Assembly: GCA_002352385.1 (NCBI GenBank)
Contig: DEII01000176.1
Span: 28,677 to 72,785 of the forward strand
DNA length: 44,109 bases
Direction: 5' to 3'
Source of the DNA: Methylococcaceae bacterium UBA2778
GTDB taxonomy: Bacteria > Pseudomonadota > Gammaproteobacteria > Methylococcales > UBA2778
This document shows positions 1 through 8,159 of the stretch, one piece after another (positions within the stretch are counted from its first letter, which is position 1; every line of letters starts with the position of its first letter). Position numbers and translations under genes: made by a program. A model generated the notes under the pieces. That model saw nothing but the letters and a program-made list of their open reading frames with translations, was not told the DNA's origin and searched no databases.

Positions 1-15
1 TTCTCGGACAGCCTC
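1..15. mobile_element. Truncated end (TIR) of MITE-like repeat, cut by window edge
   Basis: TTCTCGGACAGCCTC is identical to the TIR at 23304-23318 and 23609-23623. It is followed by CTAG, whose CTA is the minus-strand stop of the adjacent gene. Confidence 0.8.
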
Positions 16-960
16 CTAGGTGAAAGCCCGAATACCGGCAATGCCCTGGGCGCCGGCCTCCCGCGCTCGCCGCACATCCGACAGGGCAAGACCACCCAAG
101 GCGTAAACCGGTATATTGACCTGCGCCACCAATGCCTCGAACGCGTTCCACTCGAGCGGTGTGGCTTCGGGGTGGGTTGCAGTCGGCATGACCGGCGACA
201 ATACCACGAAGTCGAGACCCAAGCGTTCCGCCTGTTTCATTTCCTGCAACGTGTGGCAGGAAGCCGCAACCCAATAACGCTCATCGAGCGGCTTTTTCTT
301 CAGCTGCATCAGGCGCCTGCCGGTCAAATGAACGCCTGCAGCTCCTGCCCGAACGATCTGTTCCGGTTCGGCATTCAGCAAAATGGTCACGGAATGTCGT
401 GCGGCTGCACGACAAACGTCTGAAGCCAAGGCATCATATTGTTTGGCGGGCAGACGTTTTGCCCGAATTTGAACCAGTCTGATGCGATGCTCAAGGATAT
501 GATGCAGGTTATTCTGCAACATCCTTATGTCGCCTTTTTCATCATCCAGTATCGCATAAAATTCCGGCAGTCTGGCTGCAGCGATGATCGGCCGGTTTGC
601 TTCCGGAAAAGCGTACTTCTTCAACCGGCCGCCGCCAACCCAGGCGATGGCCTGACCTTCACGTCCGAAAGCCTCGCCGTGAAACCGGTCGATACGCCAC
701 ACATCCAGCAACACGTTCCGGTCGGGATAGGAATGGCTTATCTTGATAAGGGGAGCTGCTGCTTCGACGGTGATGTCGAGTTCTTCTTTCAGTTCGCGCC
801 GCAACGCATCCAGGACGCGTTCGCCTTGTTCGACCTTGCCCCCCGGAAATTCCCACAGCCCTCCTTGGTGTCGGTGGCGATGGCGCTTGGCGATCAATAC
901 CTTCCCCCGGGGATTGGTGATGACCCCCACTGCAACATGAAGCGGTTTCAGCCGACTCAC
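16..960 (-). CDS. mutT: Nudix hydrolase (MutT-like 8-oxo-dGTPase) fused to thiamine-phosphate-synthase-like TIM barrel
   Basis: Nudix box WEFPGGKVEQGE..ALRRELKEEL; ThiE/TenI-like C-terminal motifs GVHL, ASCH, SPV..T.TH, PVYALGG, GAQGIAGIR. Confidence 0.9.
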   Translation of the reverse strand: MSRLKPLHVAVGVITNPRGKVLIAKRHRHRHQGGLWEFPGGKVEQGERVLDALRRELKEELDITVEAAAPLIKISHSYPDRNVLLDVWRIDRFHGEAFGREGQAIAWVGGGRLKKYAFPEANRPIIAAARLPEFYAILDDEKGDIRMLQNNLHHILEHRIRLVQIRAKRLPAKQYDALASDVCRAAARHSVTILLNAEPEQIVRAGAAGVHLTGRRLMQLKKKPLDERYWVAASCHTLQEMKQAERLGLDFVVLSPVMPTATHPEATPLEWNAFEALVAQVNIPVYALGGLALSDVRRAREAGAQGIAGIRAFT

Positions 961-996
961 TTTCCTGCCGGCAGGCGAAGCCGCCTGCCTCTCTCA

Positions 997-1773
997 TCAA
1001 ACCGGTACGACACAATGCGACCCCCGCAGCGGTTCGTCCAAAGCGACCCGCATCGACCGGGCTGCTTGTCGAAAGGCGATCCTGCCGGCTTCCAGCCGGT
1101 TTGGATCGACCGAGCACAGTCGCAACGGGCTGACCGCGATCATGCCTTGGCGTTTGGGCAGGCATAGTGCAGCATTGCCGGTTTTACCCGTAACAAACCG
1201 GCGAACCGGTATGTGATGCAGCAGAACGCGGGCGTTCGCGGATGCGCCGGCAAGACCGGCTCGATCCAAAATTCCGCCGTCGAAGCAGAGGCGGCCTTCG
1301 ATCCGGATTGGCTGAAACAGCAACGGCACGGTACAGGAGGCATAAACGCAGTCGGCCAACAAGCCGTTCTTCCATACTCTGGTCGTCCAGGCCAACGGGT
1401 CGAAAGTGGAAATGCTCACAGGTATTCGACAGTGCTCAAGCCGCCGGGCGGGGCTGACCTGGGCAACGAACGCCCGGAACCGTTCCCCTTTCAGCAGTCC
1501 GAAACCGGGCGCGGGATCCCAGAAGTGGCGTTTCTTCAGGCTGAACAGGATCTCTTTGAGTTCCCCGGTCGAACACCCTGCGGCCCAGCACGCGCCGATC
1601 AGAGCACCGGCACTGGCTCCGGTGACCGAGGCCGGATAAAGCCGCTCTTTCTCCAGTACAGAAACCATACCGCAATGCGCGAAAAAACTGAAGTACCCCG
1701 ATGACAAGGCCAAGGTGAAAGGGCCTTGCTGAAGCCATTGCCGAAGCGTTCGTTTCATGTCGAGAGTGTGCAT
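997..1773 (-). CDS. Patatin-like phospholipase
   Basis: LALSSGYFSFFAHCG oxyanion loop, GASAG nucleophile elbow, DGG catalytic Asp. Start uncertain (1758, 1773 or 1809). Confidence 0.85.
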   Translation of the reverse strand: MHTLDMKRTLRQWLQQGPFTLALSSGYFSFFAHCGMVSVLEKERLYPASVTGASAGALIGACWAAGCSTGELKEILFSLKKRHFWDPAPGFGLLKGERFRAFVAQVSPARRLEHCRIPVSISTFDPLAWTTRVWKNGLLADCVYASCTVPLLFQPIRIEGRLCFDGGILDRAGLAGASANARVLLHHIPVRRFVTGKTGNAALCLPKRQGMIAVSPLRLCSVDPNRLEAGRIAFRQAARSMRVALDEPLRGSHCVVPV

Positions 1774-1969
1774 CTCGAACGGCAAACATGTCAAATTGAA
1801 TTCTGCCACACATTGTCGACAGCTCCCTCACTACACCAGAATAACCCGCCGGATTCCGGTTGCGTGACAATGGTTCCGTCCTATTGTAGGATGGCCGCAC
1901 TCTGGGGAAAGAAGCGAATGATTCTATTATTTTGATGCGGTCGAACATTGATGTCTTGAGTCAGAGCCT

Positions 1970-2890
1970 ATGATCCAGCATAACGCCACCACTTTTTTCC
2001 GGTTTGTTCGCAACAGCCGGAAGGCTATTCTGCTTCTTGCGGCAGTGACTGTGCTGGCCGAGGTTATCTATCAGTATACCGACACTCAGATCATTCCCCT
2101 GGAGATCGAACATGTCGGCGTGTTTGTTACGGCCATGTCGATCTTTCTCGTATTCCGCGTCAACGAGGCTTACGATCGCTGGTGGGAGGCGCGAAAACTC
2201 TGGGGGCAGCTGGTCAACACCAGCCGCAGCTTTGCAAGACAGGCGATCACGCTGATTGAACATCGACCCGCCCACAGAGAACTTGTGCTGCGGCAAATCG
2301 CCTATGTGAACGCACTCAGAATCGCACTGCGCCACGGCCCCCGGTGGAGCGACGCTCCGACCTTGTGGGCGGAAATCGCCGCCTTTATCGAAGAGGCCGA
2401 ACTGGATGAACTGAAACAGGCCGAAAACGTTCCAACCCAGCTTATCAGATTGCATGGCCAACAGTTGCGGCGAAGCTTTTCCAGAACGACGGTCGACCAT
2501 CTTCTTCTCTGCCGAATGGATGAGTCCATCACATCGCTGTGCGACATCCAGGGGAGCTGCGAGCGCATCAAGAACACAGTCTTCCCTGACCGGGTGGCGC
2601 GATTTACCCGCGCCTTCGTGTGGGTGTTTGCCGCCGCGCTGCCGTTTATCATTCTCGACGCATCCCTCGACTCCCGCGATATCAAGGAGATCATCCTGGT
2701 GACCTTCATGTCCTTTGTTCTTGTGACGATCGAACGGCTGGGACGGGAGCTCAAAAATCCATTCGAGAACATGCCCAACGACACCCCCATGACAGCGCTG
2801 TGCCGAACGATCGAGATCGATCTTCTTCAATTTCTCGGTGAAACCGATTTGCCGCCGCCGGTCGAGCCGAAAAATGGAGTTTTGATGTAA
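1970..2890 (+). CDS. Bestrophin-family (YneE-like) ion channel
   Basis: FRVNEAYDRWWEARKLWGQLVN, CERIKNT and ELKNPF..PND motifs; about 4 hydrophobic segments. Confidence 0.9.
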   Translation: MIQHNATTFFRFVRNSRKAILLLAAVTVLAEVIYQYTDTQIIPLEIEHVGVFVTAMSIFLVFRVNEAYDRWWEARKLWGQLVNTSRSFARQAITLIEHRPAHRELVLRQIAYVNALRIALRHGPRWSDAPTLWAEIAAFIEEAELDELKQAENVPTQLIRLHGQQLRRSFSRTTVDHLLLCRMDESITSLCDIQGSCERIKNTVFPDRVARFTRAFVWVFAAALPFIILDASLDSRDIKEIILVTFMSFVLVTIERLGRELKNPFENMPNDTPMTALCRTIEIDLLQFLGETDLPPPVEPKNGVLM

Positions 2891-2994
2891 TGCAAAATGG
2901 CGTAGGCTGACTGTGAGGCAGCGGTTGGAGGCTTGGGGCGCGTACCTTTGCCCCCTGAAACTTTTTGATGGGCGGCTGACAGGAAAGCCGAGCT

Positions 2995-4815
2995 GTGAGA
3001 ATGCGTTGCAACCATAAAACGGTGATCCTGGGGCAAGGAAGGACGGCTGAGGCCGTTGCATCGAATCTGCGTACCTGCTGCACTACAGGAGTGGAATTTG
3101 TCTCCACCCTTGGACGGATCGAGCAGGCGGGAATTCACAAGGTGCGCCGTCTGGTGGTCGTGACCGATGGTCTGACCGACGTGCCGAACGTTGTCGGCCG
3201 CGTCGGCGACCTGTGCCGGCGTCGGCGGCGGGCGAAACTGCCTTTGGATCTCTTGATGCTTACCGGCGATTTGGCCGGGAATGAGGCGTCACTCGCGCTG
3301 CCCGAAGCCGAAACGGTCTCTCGCATCGTGATAAGAAGCCTTTCGATACCCCAGCGGGCGGCGCGTCTGCTGCTCAGTCGCTTTCCGCTGCATGCCGGCG
3401 CCGATGTGGTGTTCGGACAGCCGCTGCACATTCTCATCGCCGGGTTTGGCGTGCTGGGCCGGGCCATTGCGCTGCAGGTTATGCGGCTGGCGCACAATGG
3501 TCATGGCAAGCCGCGATTGACGATTCTGGCGGATGAGCCGGAACGGTATCGGAACAAATTTTTCAGTGCATTTCCCCAGGCCGGGCAGGTGGCGGAGCTG
3601 ACATTTCTGAATTTGGATGGATGGATGGAGTCTGACTGTCCCATAACCTCGGTTTTTGTCTGCCTGAACGACAATTTCGAGGGTGCGCGCTTTGCTGCAA
3701 ATTTACGGGATGGATTAAGCAGGCATCAGCGCGGCAGCCCTCCGGTTTTCCTCCACCTGTCCGCATTCGACAGCGCTGCTTCTGTGGATGAGTGGGATGG
3801 TCAAACCTATCCTTTTTCCGCTGTGAACGAAGTATGCAGGCCGGCGATCCTGTTCGATCATCAGGGTGACGAGTTGGCTGCGATCATTCATGATTACTAT
3901 CGCGACAGCATCGCCGCCCAGGGGCGCTCTTTGGACGAAACGCCGGCGGGGCGCCCTTGGGAAGCGCTGGACGAATCCTACCGGCAGGCGTCACGACACC
4001 AGGCGGATCATGTACCGGCCAAGCTCGCCGCCATCGACTGCCGATCGGTGCCCGAGGAGGTATCGGAGTTCTTTGTTTTCAGCCCATCGGAGGTCGAGCG
4101 TCTGGCCATGGTCGAACACGATCGCTGGAGTGCGGATCGTTATTTGGACGGCTGGAGCTATGGGCCGGAACGGGACAATGCACGCAAGTATCATCCGGAA
4201 TTGGTGCCTTATGATGCTCTGTCGAGCGAGATGAAAAACCTTGACCGCTATGCCGTGCGTCTCGTTCCGGCCCTGCTCGCCCGGCAGGAGAGGGCGGTGA
4301 AAAGCAATCTGCTGATCGCTGTCTCCACCGATGGAGCGGCACCGACATCCCGGCGAGGCTTTGACAATCAGATCGATGCGGTACTGAAACGTTTGTGCGA
4401 ACGGTTTCCGGATCGTTTTCCGGTGCTGGCGGTGGATCTGTCCGGCGCTGCTGAAAGAGCGGCGGCCCGGCGGGCGCTGCAGTGCTTCGGGGCGGCTCTT
4501 TGGGTATTGCTGACCGACCCGGTACAAAAGACGCTGGAAACGCTCGGTGCAAAGGCATGCCAGCACGATTTTCTGGATCTGCTCAGCGTTGCCGAGTGCC
4601 GGATTCGGCTGCGCGATGAACAGGAAAAGCGGCATTGGCTGAAGGTGCGGCCCGATGTATTGATTGTCATCGGTGATCGACCGACCGAAAATGAGGGACA
4701 GGTCACCATGCCCGAGATTCCGGTTGCTACGGGCGGACCGAAGCGCCGATCCGTTCAGCGGCGTGTGCTGGTCGATCCTCTGAGCGGTGAAATAGGGTGG
4801 ACCTTTGAATACTAA
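2995..4815 (+). CDS. RCK/TrkA-N-like Rossmann domains + RyR domain + degenerate C-terminal SLOG-like domain protein
   Basis: Rossmann strands TVILGQGRTA and HILIAGFGVLG; RyR repeats LAAIIHDYY..PWEALDESYRQAS and LAMVEHDRW...GWSYGPERDNARKYHPELVPYDAL; C-terminal VLAVDLSGAAERAAARRAL resembles SLOG LAEGADRL. AGGAA RBS before GTG 2995. Confidence 0.8.
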   Translation: MRMRCNHKTVILGQGRTAEAVASNLRTCCTTGVEFVSTLGRIEQAGIHKVRRLVVVTDGLTDVPNVVGRVGDLCRRRRRAKLPLDLLMLTGDLAGNEASLALPEAETVSRIVIRSLSIPQRAARLLLSRFPLHAGADVVFGQPLHILIAGFGVLGRAIALQVMRLAHNGHGKPRLTILADEPERYRNKFFSAFPQAGQVAELTFLNLDGWMESDCPITSVFVCLNDNFEGARFAANLRDGLSRHQRGSPPVFLHLSAFDSAASVDEWDGQTYPFSAVNEVCRPAILFDHQGDELAAIIHDYYRDSIAAQGRSLDETPAGRPWEALDESYRQASRHQADHVPAKLAAIDCRSVPEEVSEFFVFSPSEVERLAMVEHDRWSADRYLDGWSYGPERDNARKYHPELVPYDALSSEMKNLDRYAVRLVPALLARQERAVKSNLLIAVSTDGAAPTSRRGFDNQIDAVLKRLCERFPDRFPVLAVDLSGAAERAAARRALQCFGAALWVLLTDPVQKTLETLGAKACQHDFLDLLSVAECRIRLRDEQEKRHWLKVRPDVLIVIGDRPTENEGQVTMPEIPVATGGPKRRSVQRRVLVDPLSGEIGWTFEY

Positions 4816-5563
4816 AGCGCTGGAAAATATCGGTCTGGCCCTGTTCGTGCTGCGTGATTGTCTGCAGCTCTATCGAAACATTCTGCTCGGTCGCAGCCGA
4901 TTGGATCTGAAGGTGTTTGTCGATGATCTGCGGGAGGTGGGCCTCTCCATTCTGCCTCTTCTAACGGTGGTGGCGATTATCGTCGGGTTGGTAATCGGCG
5001 TTCAGACCGAAAATGTTCTGGGTGAAGTCAATGTGCCGGGCTTGCTGCTGGGCAGCATCGGATTGGCGATCATCAAACACTTTGCGCCGCTGCTGGTCGG
5101 GCTGTTCGTGGCCGGGCGCTCGGGCATTGCTTTAGCGGTTCGTATCGGCTCCATGGTATTGAACCGGGAAGCGGATGGCCTTATCGTCAGCGGCATCAAC
5201 CCGATACACTACACGGTCGGCCCGATGCTGCTGGCGATGCTGCTGATGTCGTTCGCTCTGGCGGTGTGGACCGATCTGATCGTACTCGCCACCGCTGCCC
5301 TCTGGCTCTGGCTGGAAGCGGGCATTCCCTGGTCGCTGTTTCAGGATAGTCTGAGGGGCATGTTGGATTCCGGGGATCTTGTGATCAGTGTCGTCAAACC
5401 GTTGATATTCGCACTGCTGATCGCATTGATTGCCGCAGTCAACGGTTGCCGGGTCAGCCGTCAGGTCGAGGCGGTGTCCAAGGCGGCGAGTCGAACGATG
5501 ATCGATGCGATCGCAGCCATTCAACTGACAAACCTGCTCTTTGTTTTTGCTTTTGGGGGCTGA
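4805..5563 (+). CDS. MlaE/YrbE-like ABC permease (MCE system)
   Basis: VG..ILPLL, APLLVGLFVAGRSG..A..IGSM...DGL...GINP; about 5 TM helices; TTG start overlaps upstream stop. Confidence 0.85.
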   Translation: MNTKALENIGLALFVLRDCLQLYRNILLGRSRLDLKVFVDDLREVGLSILPLLTVVAIIVGLVIGVQTENVLGEVNVPGLLLGSIGLAIIKHFAPLLVGLFVAGRSGIALAVRIGSMVLNREADGLIVSGINPIHYTVGPMLLAMLLMSFALAVWTDLIVLATAALWLWLEAGIPWSLFQDSLRGMLDSGDLVISVVKPLIFALLIALIAAVNGCRVSRQVEAVSKAASRTMIDAIAAIQLTNLLFVFAFGG

Positions 5564-5567
5564 AGCC

Positions 5568-6305
5568 GTGACTGCAATCATCAAGCTGGAAAACATCTTT
5601 CAGCACATCGGCGGCCGCTGCGTGCTCGAGGATATCAGCCTGTGCATCGAAGCAGGGGAGTCCTTCGCTCTGCTGGGCCCGAACGGCGCTGGAAAAACCC
5701 TGCTGCTGCGGCTGATAATGGGGCTGGATCGGCCGTCTGCAGGACGCATCGAGGTACTGGGAAGGGATCTCACTCATGCGTCTCCGGCGGAAATGATCCG
5801 ACTGCGCCGCTCCGTGGGGATGGTCATGCAGGGCGGGTCGCTGCTGAACGGTCTGTCGGTTATCGAAAACCTGATTTTGCCGCTGCGCGCGAGCGGGCTC
5901 AGCACCGACCGTATGCAGCGGACGGCGCGTTTGATCATGACCCAGCTGCGTTTGGACGGTTTGGAAAATATGCGACCCTATGAGCTCTCCGGAGGGCTCA
6001 GCCGTAAGGTTGAACTGGCCCGGGCGCTGATTTGTCGACCGCTGCTGCTGCTGTGGGATGAATTGCTGGACGGGCTCGACCCCGCCTCGGTCGGAGAAAT
6101 CAAGGAACATCTGCAGCGCGAAAAAAAAACGTATAATATGACGCTGATTTTTTCCACACACCAGACGGGGGGAGCACTGACCATCGCCCACCGCATCGGC
6201 GTGCTGGAGAGCGGGCGGCTGCTGTTCACCGGTTCGCAGGAAGGGCTCGAGGCGGCCGAGCGCCGCGACCTCGAATTGCGTTTTGCTCTGCAGGGGAGCT
6301 TATGA
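5568..6305 (+). CDS. MlaF/Mkl-like ABC ATPase
   Basis: Walker A GPNGAGKT, Q-loop MVMQ, signature LSGG, Walker B LLLWDE, D-loop GLDP, H-loop STH. Confidence 0.88.
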   Translation: MTAIIKLENIFQHIGGRCVLEDISLCIEAGESFALLGPNGAGKTLLLRLIMGLDRPSAGRIEVLGRDLTHASPAEMIRLRRSVGMVMQGGSLLNGLSVIENLILPLRASGLSTDRMQRTARLIMTQLRLDGLENMRPYELSGGLSRKVELARALICRPLLLLWDELLDGLDPASVGEIKEHLQREKKTYNMTLIFSTHQTGGALTIAHRIGVLESGRLLFTGSQEGLEAAERRDLELRFALQGSL

Positions 6306-6454
6306 AAGGTATCGAACGGTTGTATTCGCCTCCGGAAATCAGTGCTTTTGGGCGCAGAACGGGACTGGACGACGGGCGGAATGCGAAGCAGTTCCGCCAC
6401 GACGCGGTGCATAGCTGGCGGATCACCAGCAGGGCTCGCGCCCTACGCGGGTAG
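6302..6454 (+). CDS. Small 50-aa ORF whose first ~21 codons duplicate the MlaD N-terminus (sORF or duplication remnant)
   Basis: Manual translation: MKGIERLYSPPEISAFGRRTGLDDGRNAKQFRHDAVHSWRITSRARALRG*. ATGA overlap with the ATPase stop. Compare MlaD MTSIERFFSPPEIGAPGRRAG. Confidence 0.45.
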   Translation: MKGIERLYSPPEISAFGRRTGLDDGRNAKQFRHDAVHSWRITSRARALRG

Positions 6455-6465
6455 CAAGGAAGGCG

Positions 6466-7509
6466 ATGACAAGCATCGAACGCTTTTTCTCACCTCCGGA
6501 AATTGGTGCGCCCGGGCGCAGAGCCGGGCAGCGGCAGCGCCGGGATCTGTTGATCAGCGGTCTGTTCGTGCTGGCGATGTTGGCGGTGCTTGCCGCGGCT
6601 TTACTGATCGTTTCCGGCTATTTCAGAGCAACCTATTCCCTGACGACCGATTTCGCCGAGACCGGAGGCCTTGAACCCGGAACGCCCGTGCGGCAAGCGG
6701 ATTATGTCATCGGCACGGTAACGGCGATCGAACCGGTGTTTTCAAACGCGAAACTCATTCCTCGTTTCAAGGTCGTGATGCGTATCAGAGAGGGCTGGAA
6801 AATTCCTGACGACAGCGTGGCGATAATCGGCTCGGCGGGGCTGCTGCAGGGCAATGTGGTCAAGGTGATGCCCGGCTCGTCACCGACCCCTTTGAAGGAT
6901 GGGGAATCGATCATGGGCGGGGAAAAGGAGCCGGATTTTTCGGAACAGCTGGCCGAGCTCGCCGATCGCTTGACCGAACTGATGCGGGATTCGGTGACGC
7001 CTCTCGTGGCCAGCGTCAAGCGGCAGATCGAGGCGCTGGAAGGGCTGATGCTGACCGATAAAGGCGGGGACAGCCAACAGACGATCGCCGGGATCTTGGA
7101 GAATCTGCGTGACGTCAGCGCTAATCTGAAGGCGCAGATGGAAGCGATCAAACCGGAGCAGCTTCGGGCGCTGGTCGATTCGGCGCGGACAACCGCCCGC
7201 AACGTCGAGCAGATCACCGACAGGCTGAACAGTAGAAGCAAGGAGATCGAATCGACGGTCAAGAATTTTTCTGAGCTCGCCGACCGCCTCAATAAACTGG
7301 TGGAAAAAAACGACCCCGCGATCGAACGCTCGCTGGCCGACACCGAAATAATGGTCCGGGAACTGTCGACCGCGGTCACGCCAATCTTGAATAACCTCGA
7401 TGAAATCACGCAGAACCTGTTGCAACTCTCACAGGATTTGAGGAACGATCCGGCTCTGGTGCTGTGGGGACGCAAGCTGCGGGACAACGCGCCGGAAGCC
7501 AGACCATGA
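6466..7509 (+). CDS. MlaD/MCE-family protein with C-terminal helical (coiled-coil) region
   Basis: N-terminal TM; MCE motifs F..TGGLEPGTPV...VIGTV and IPDDS.A.I...GLL; heptad-rich tail ending LRNDPALVLWG; AAGGAAGG RBS. Confidence 0.9.
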   Translation: MTSIERFFSPPEIGAPGRRAGQRQRRDLLISGLFVLAMLAVLAAALLIVSGYFRATYSLTTDFAETGGLEPGTPVRQADYVIGTVTAIEPVFSNAKLIPRFKVVMRIREGWKIPDDSVAIIGSAGLLQGNVVKVMPGSSPTPLKDGESIMGGEKEPDFSEQLAELADRLTELMRDSVTPLVASVKRQIEALEGLMLTDKGGDSQQTIAGILENLRDVSANLKAQMEAIKPEQLRALVDSARTTARNVEQITDRLNSRSKEIESTVKNFSELADRLNKLVEKNDPAIERSLADTEIMVRELSTAVTPILNNLDEITQNLLQLSQDLRNDPALVLWGRKLRDNAPEARP

Positions 7510-8159
7510 GTGCGCACCTCCGCTCGAGGCTGCCCGGGCTGTTTGCGATCGTTGTTGCGTGTGCGGTTGCTGGCGGGTGCGCATTAGACCCGCCTCCACA
7601 GGATGCGTTTTACACGCTGGCACCGGTGATGACGGCGGCTAAGAGTACGAAACCCTTGGCGGGAACCATTCTGGTCAATCGGTTGACTGCGCGCGGCCTC
7701 ACCGCCGGGCGGCAGATCGTGTTTCGCGACAAAGACCATCCGTTCCAGGTGCAGCGTTATCATTACCGCTACTGGGCCGATGCGCCAGCAGTGATGATTC
7801 AGGACCGGCTCGTTGAATTACTGCGCCAGGTCGGCATTGCCGACTATGTGATTACCCCGGCGGAGCGGGCGAAAGCCGACTGGATCGTGTCCGGAAGTCT
7901 GCTCCTGTTCGAGCACCATCCTTACGCCCAGCCGCCGGCGGTCGTCGTGGAGCTGGAGCTGGGGATCGTCCGAGCGGATTGCCGCGATCCGGTGTTTTTG
8001 AAGCGCTATTTGGTACAGGAACCGGCTCCGAATAATCAAATTGATCAGGCGATTCCGGCTTTTGAGCGCGCATTGACACGCCTGATCGATCAATTTCTGA
8101 AGGACGCCGCTCGCGTGCTGGAAGAACAGACAAGGGTTGATGCAGGCGCATGCCGATAG
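7506..8159 (+). CDS. PqiC-like ABC transport auxiliary lipoprotein
   Basis: Signal with lipobox-like VAGGC, YTL, QIVFR, Y..WADAP..MIQ, L..FE; ATGA overlap with mlaD-like gene. Confidence 0.85.
   Translation: MSAHLRSRLPGLFAIVVACAVAGGCALDPPPQDAFYTLAPVMTAAKSTKPLAGTILVNRLTARGLTAGRQIVFRDKDHPFQVQRYHYRYWADAPAVMIQDRLVELLRQVGIADYVITPAERAKADWIVSGSLLLFEHHPYAQPPAVVVELELGIVRADCRDPVFLKRYLVQEPAPNNQIDQAIPAFERALTRLIDQFLKDAARVLEEQTRVDAGACR

Noticed and set aside
1932-1945. TTGAT half-site upstream of bestrophin (FNR-like)
   Set aside because: Second half-site ATCAA is absent
6342-6674. 110-aa ORF between the ATPase and mlaD-like genes
   Set aside because: Overlaps mlaD out of frame; the 6302-6454 ORF explains the gap better
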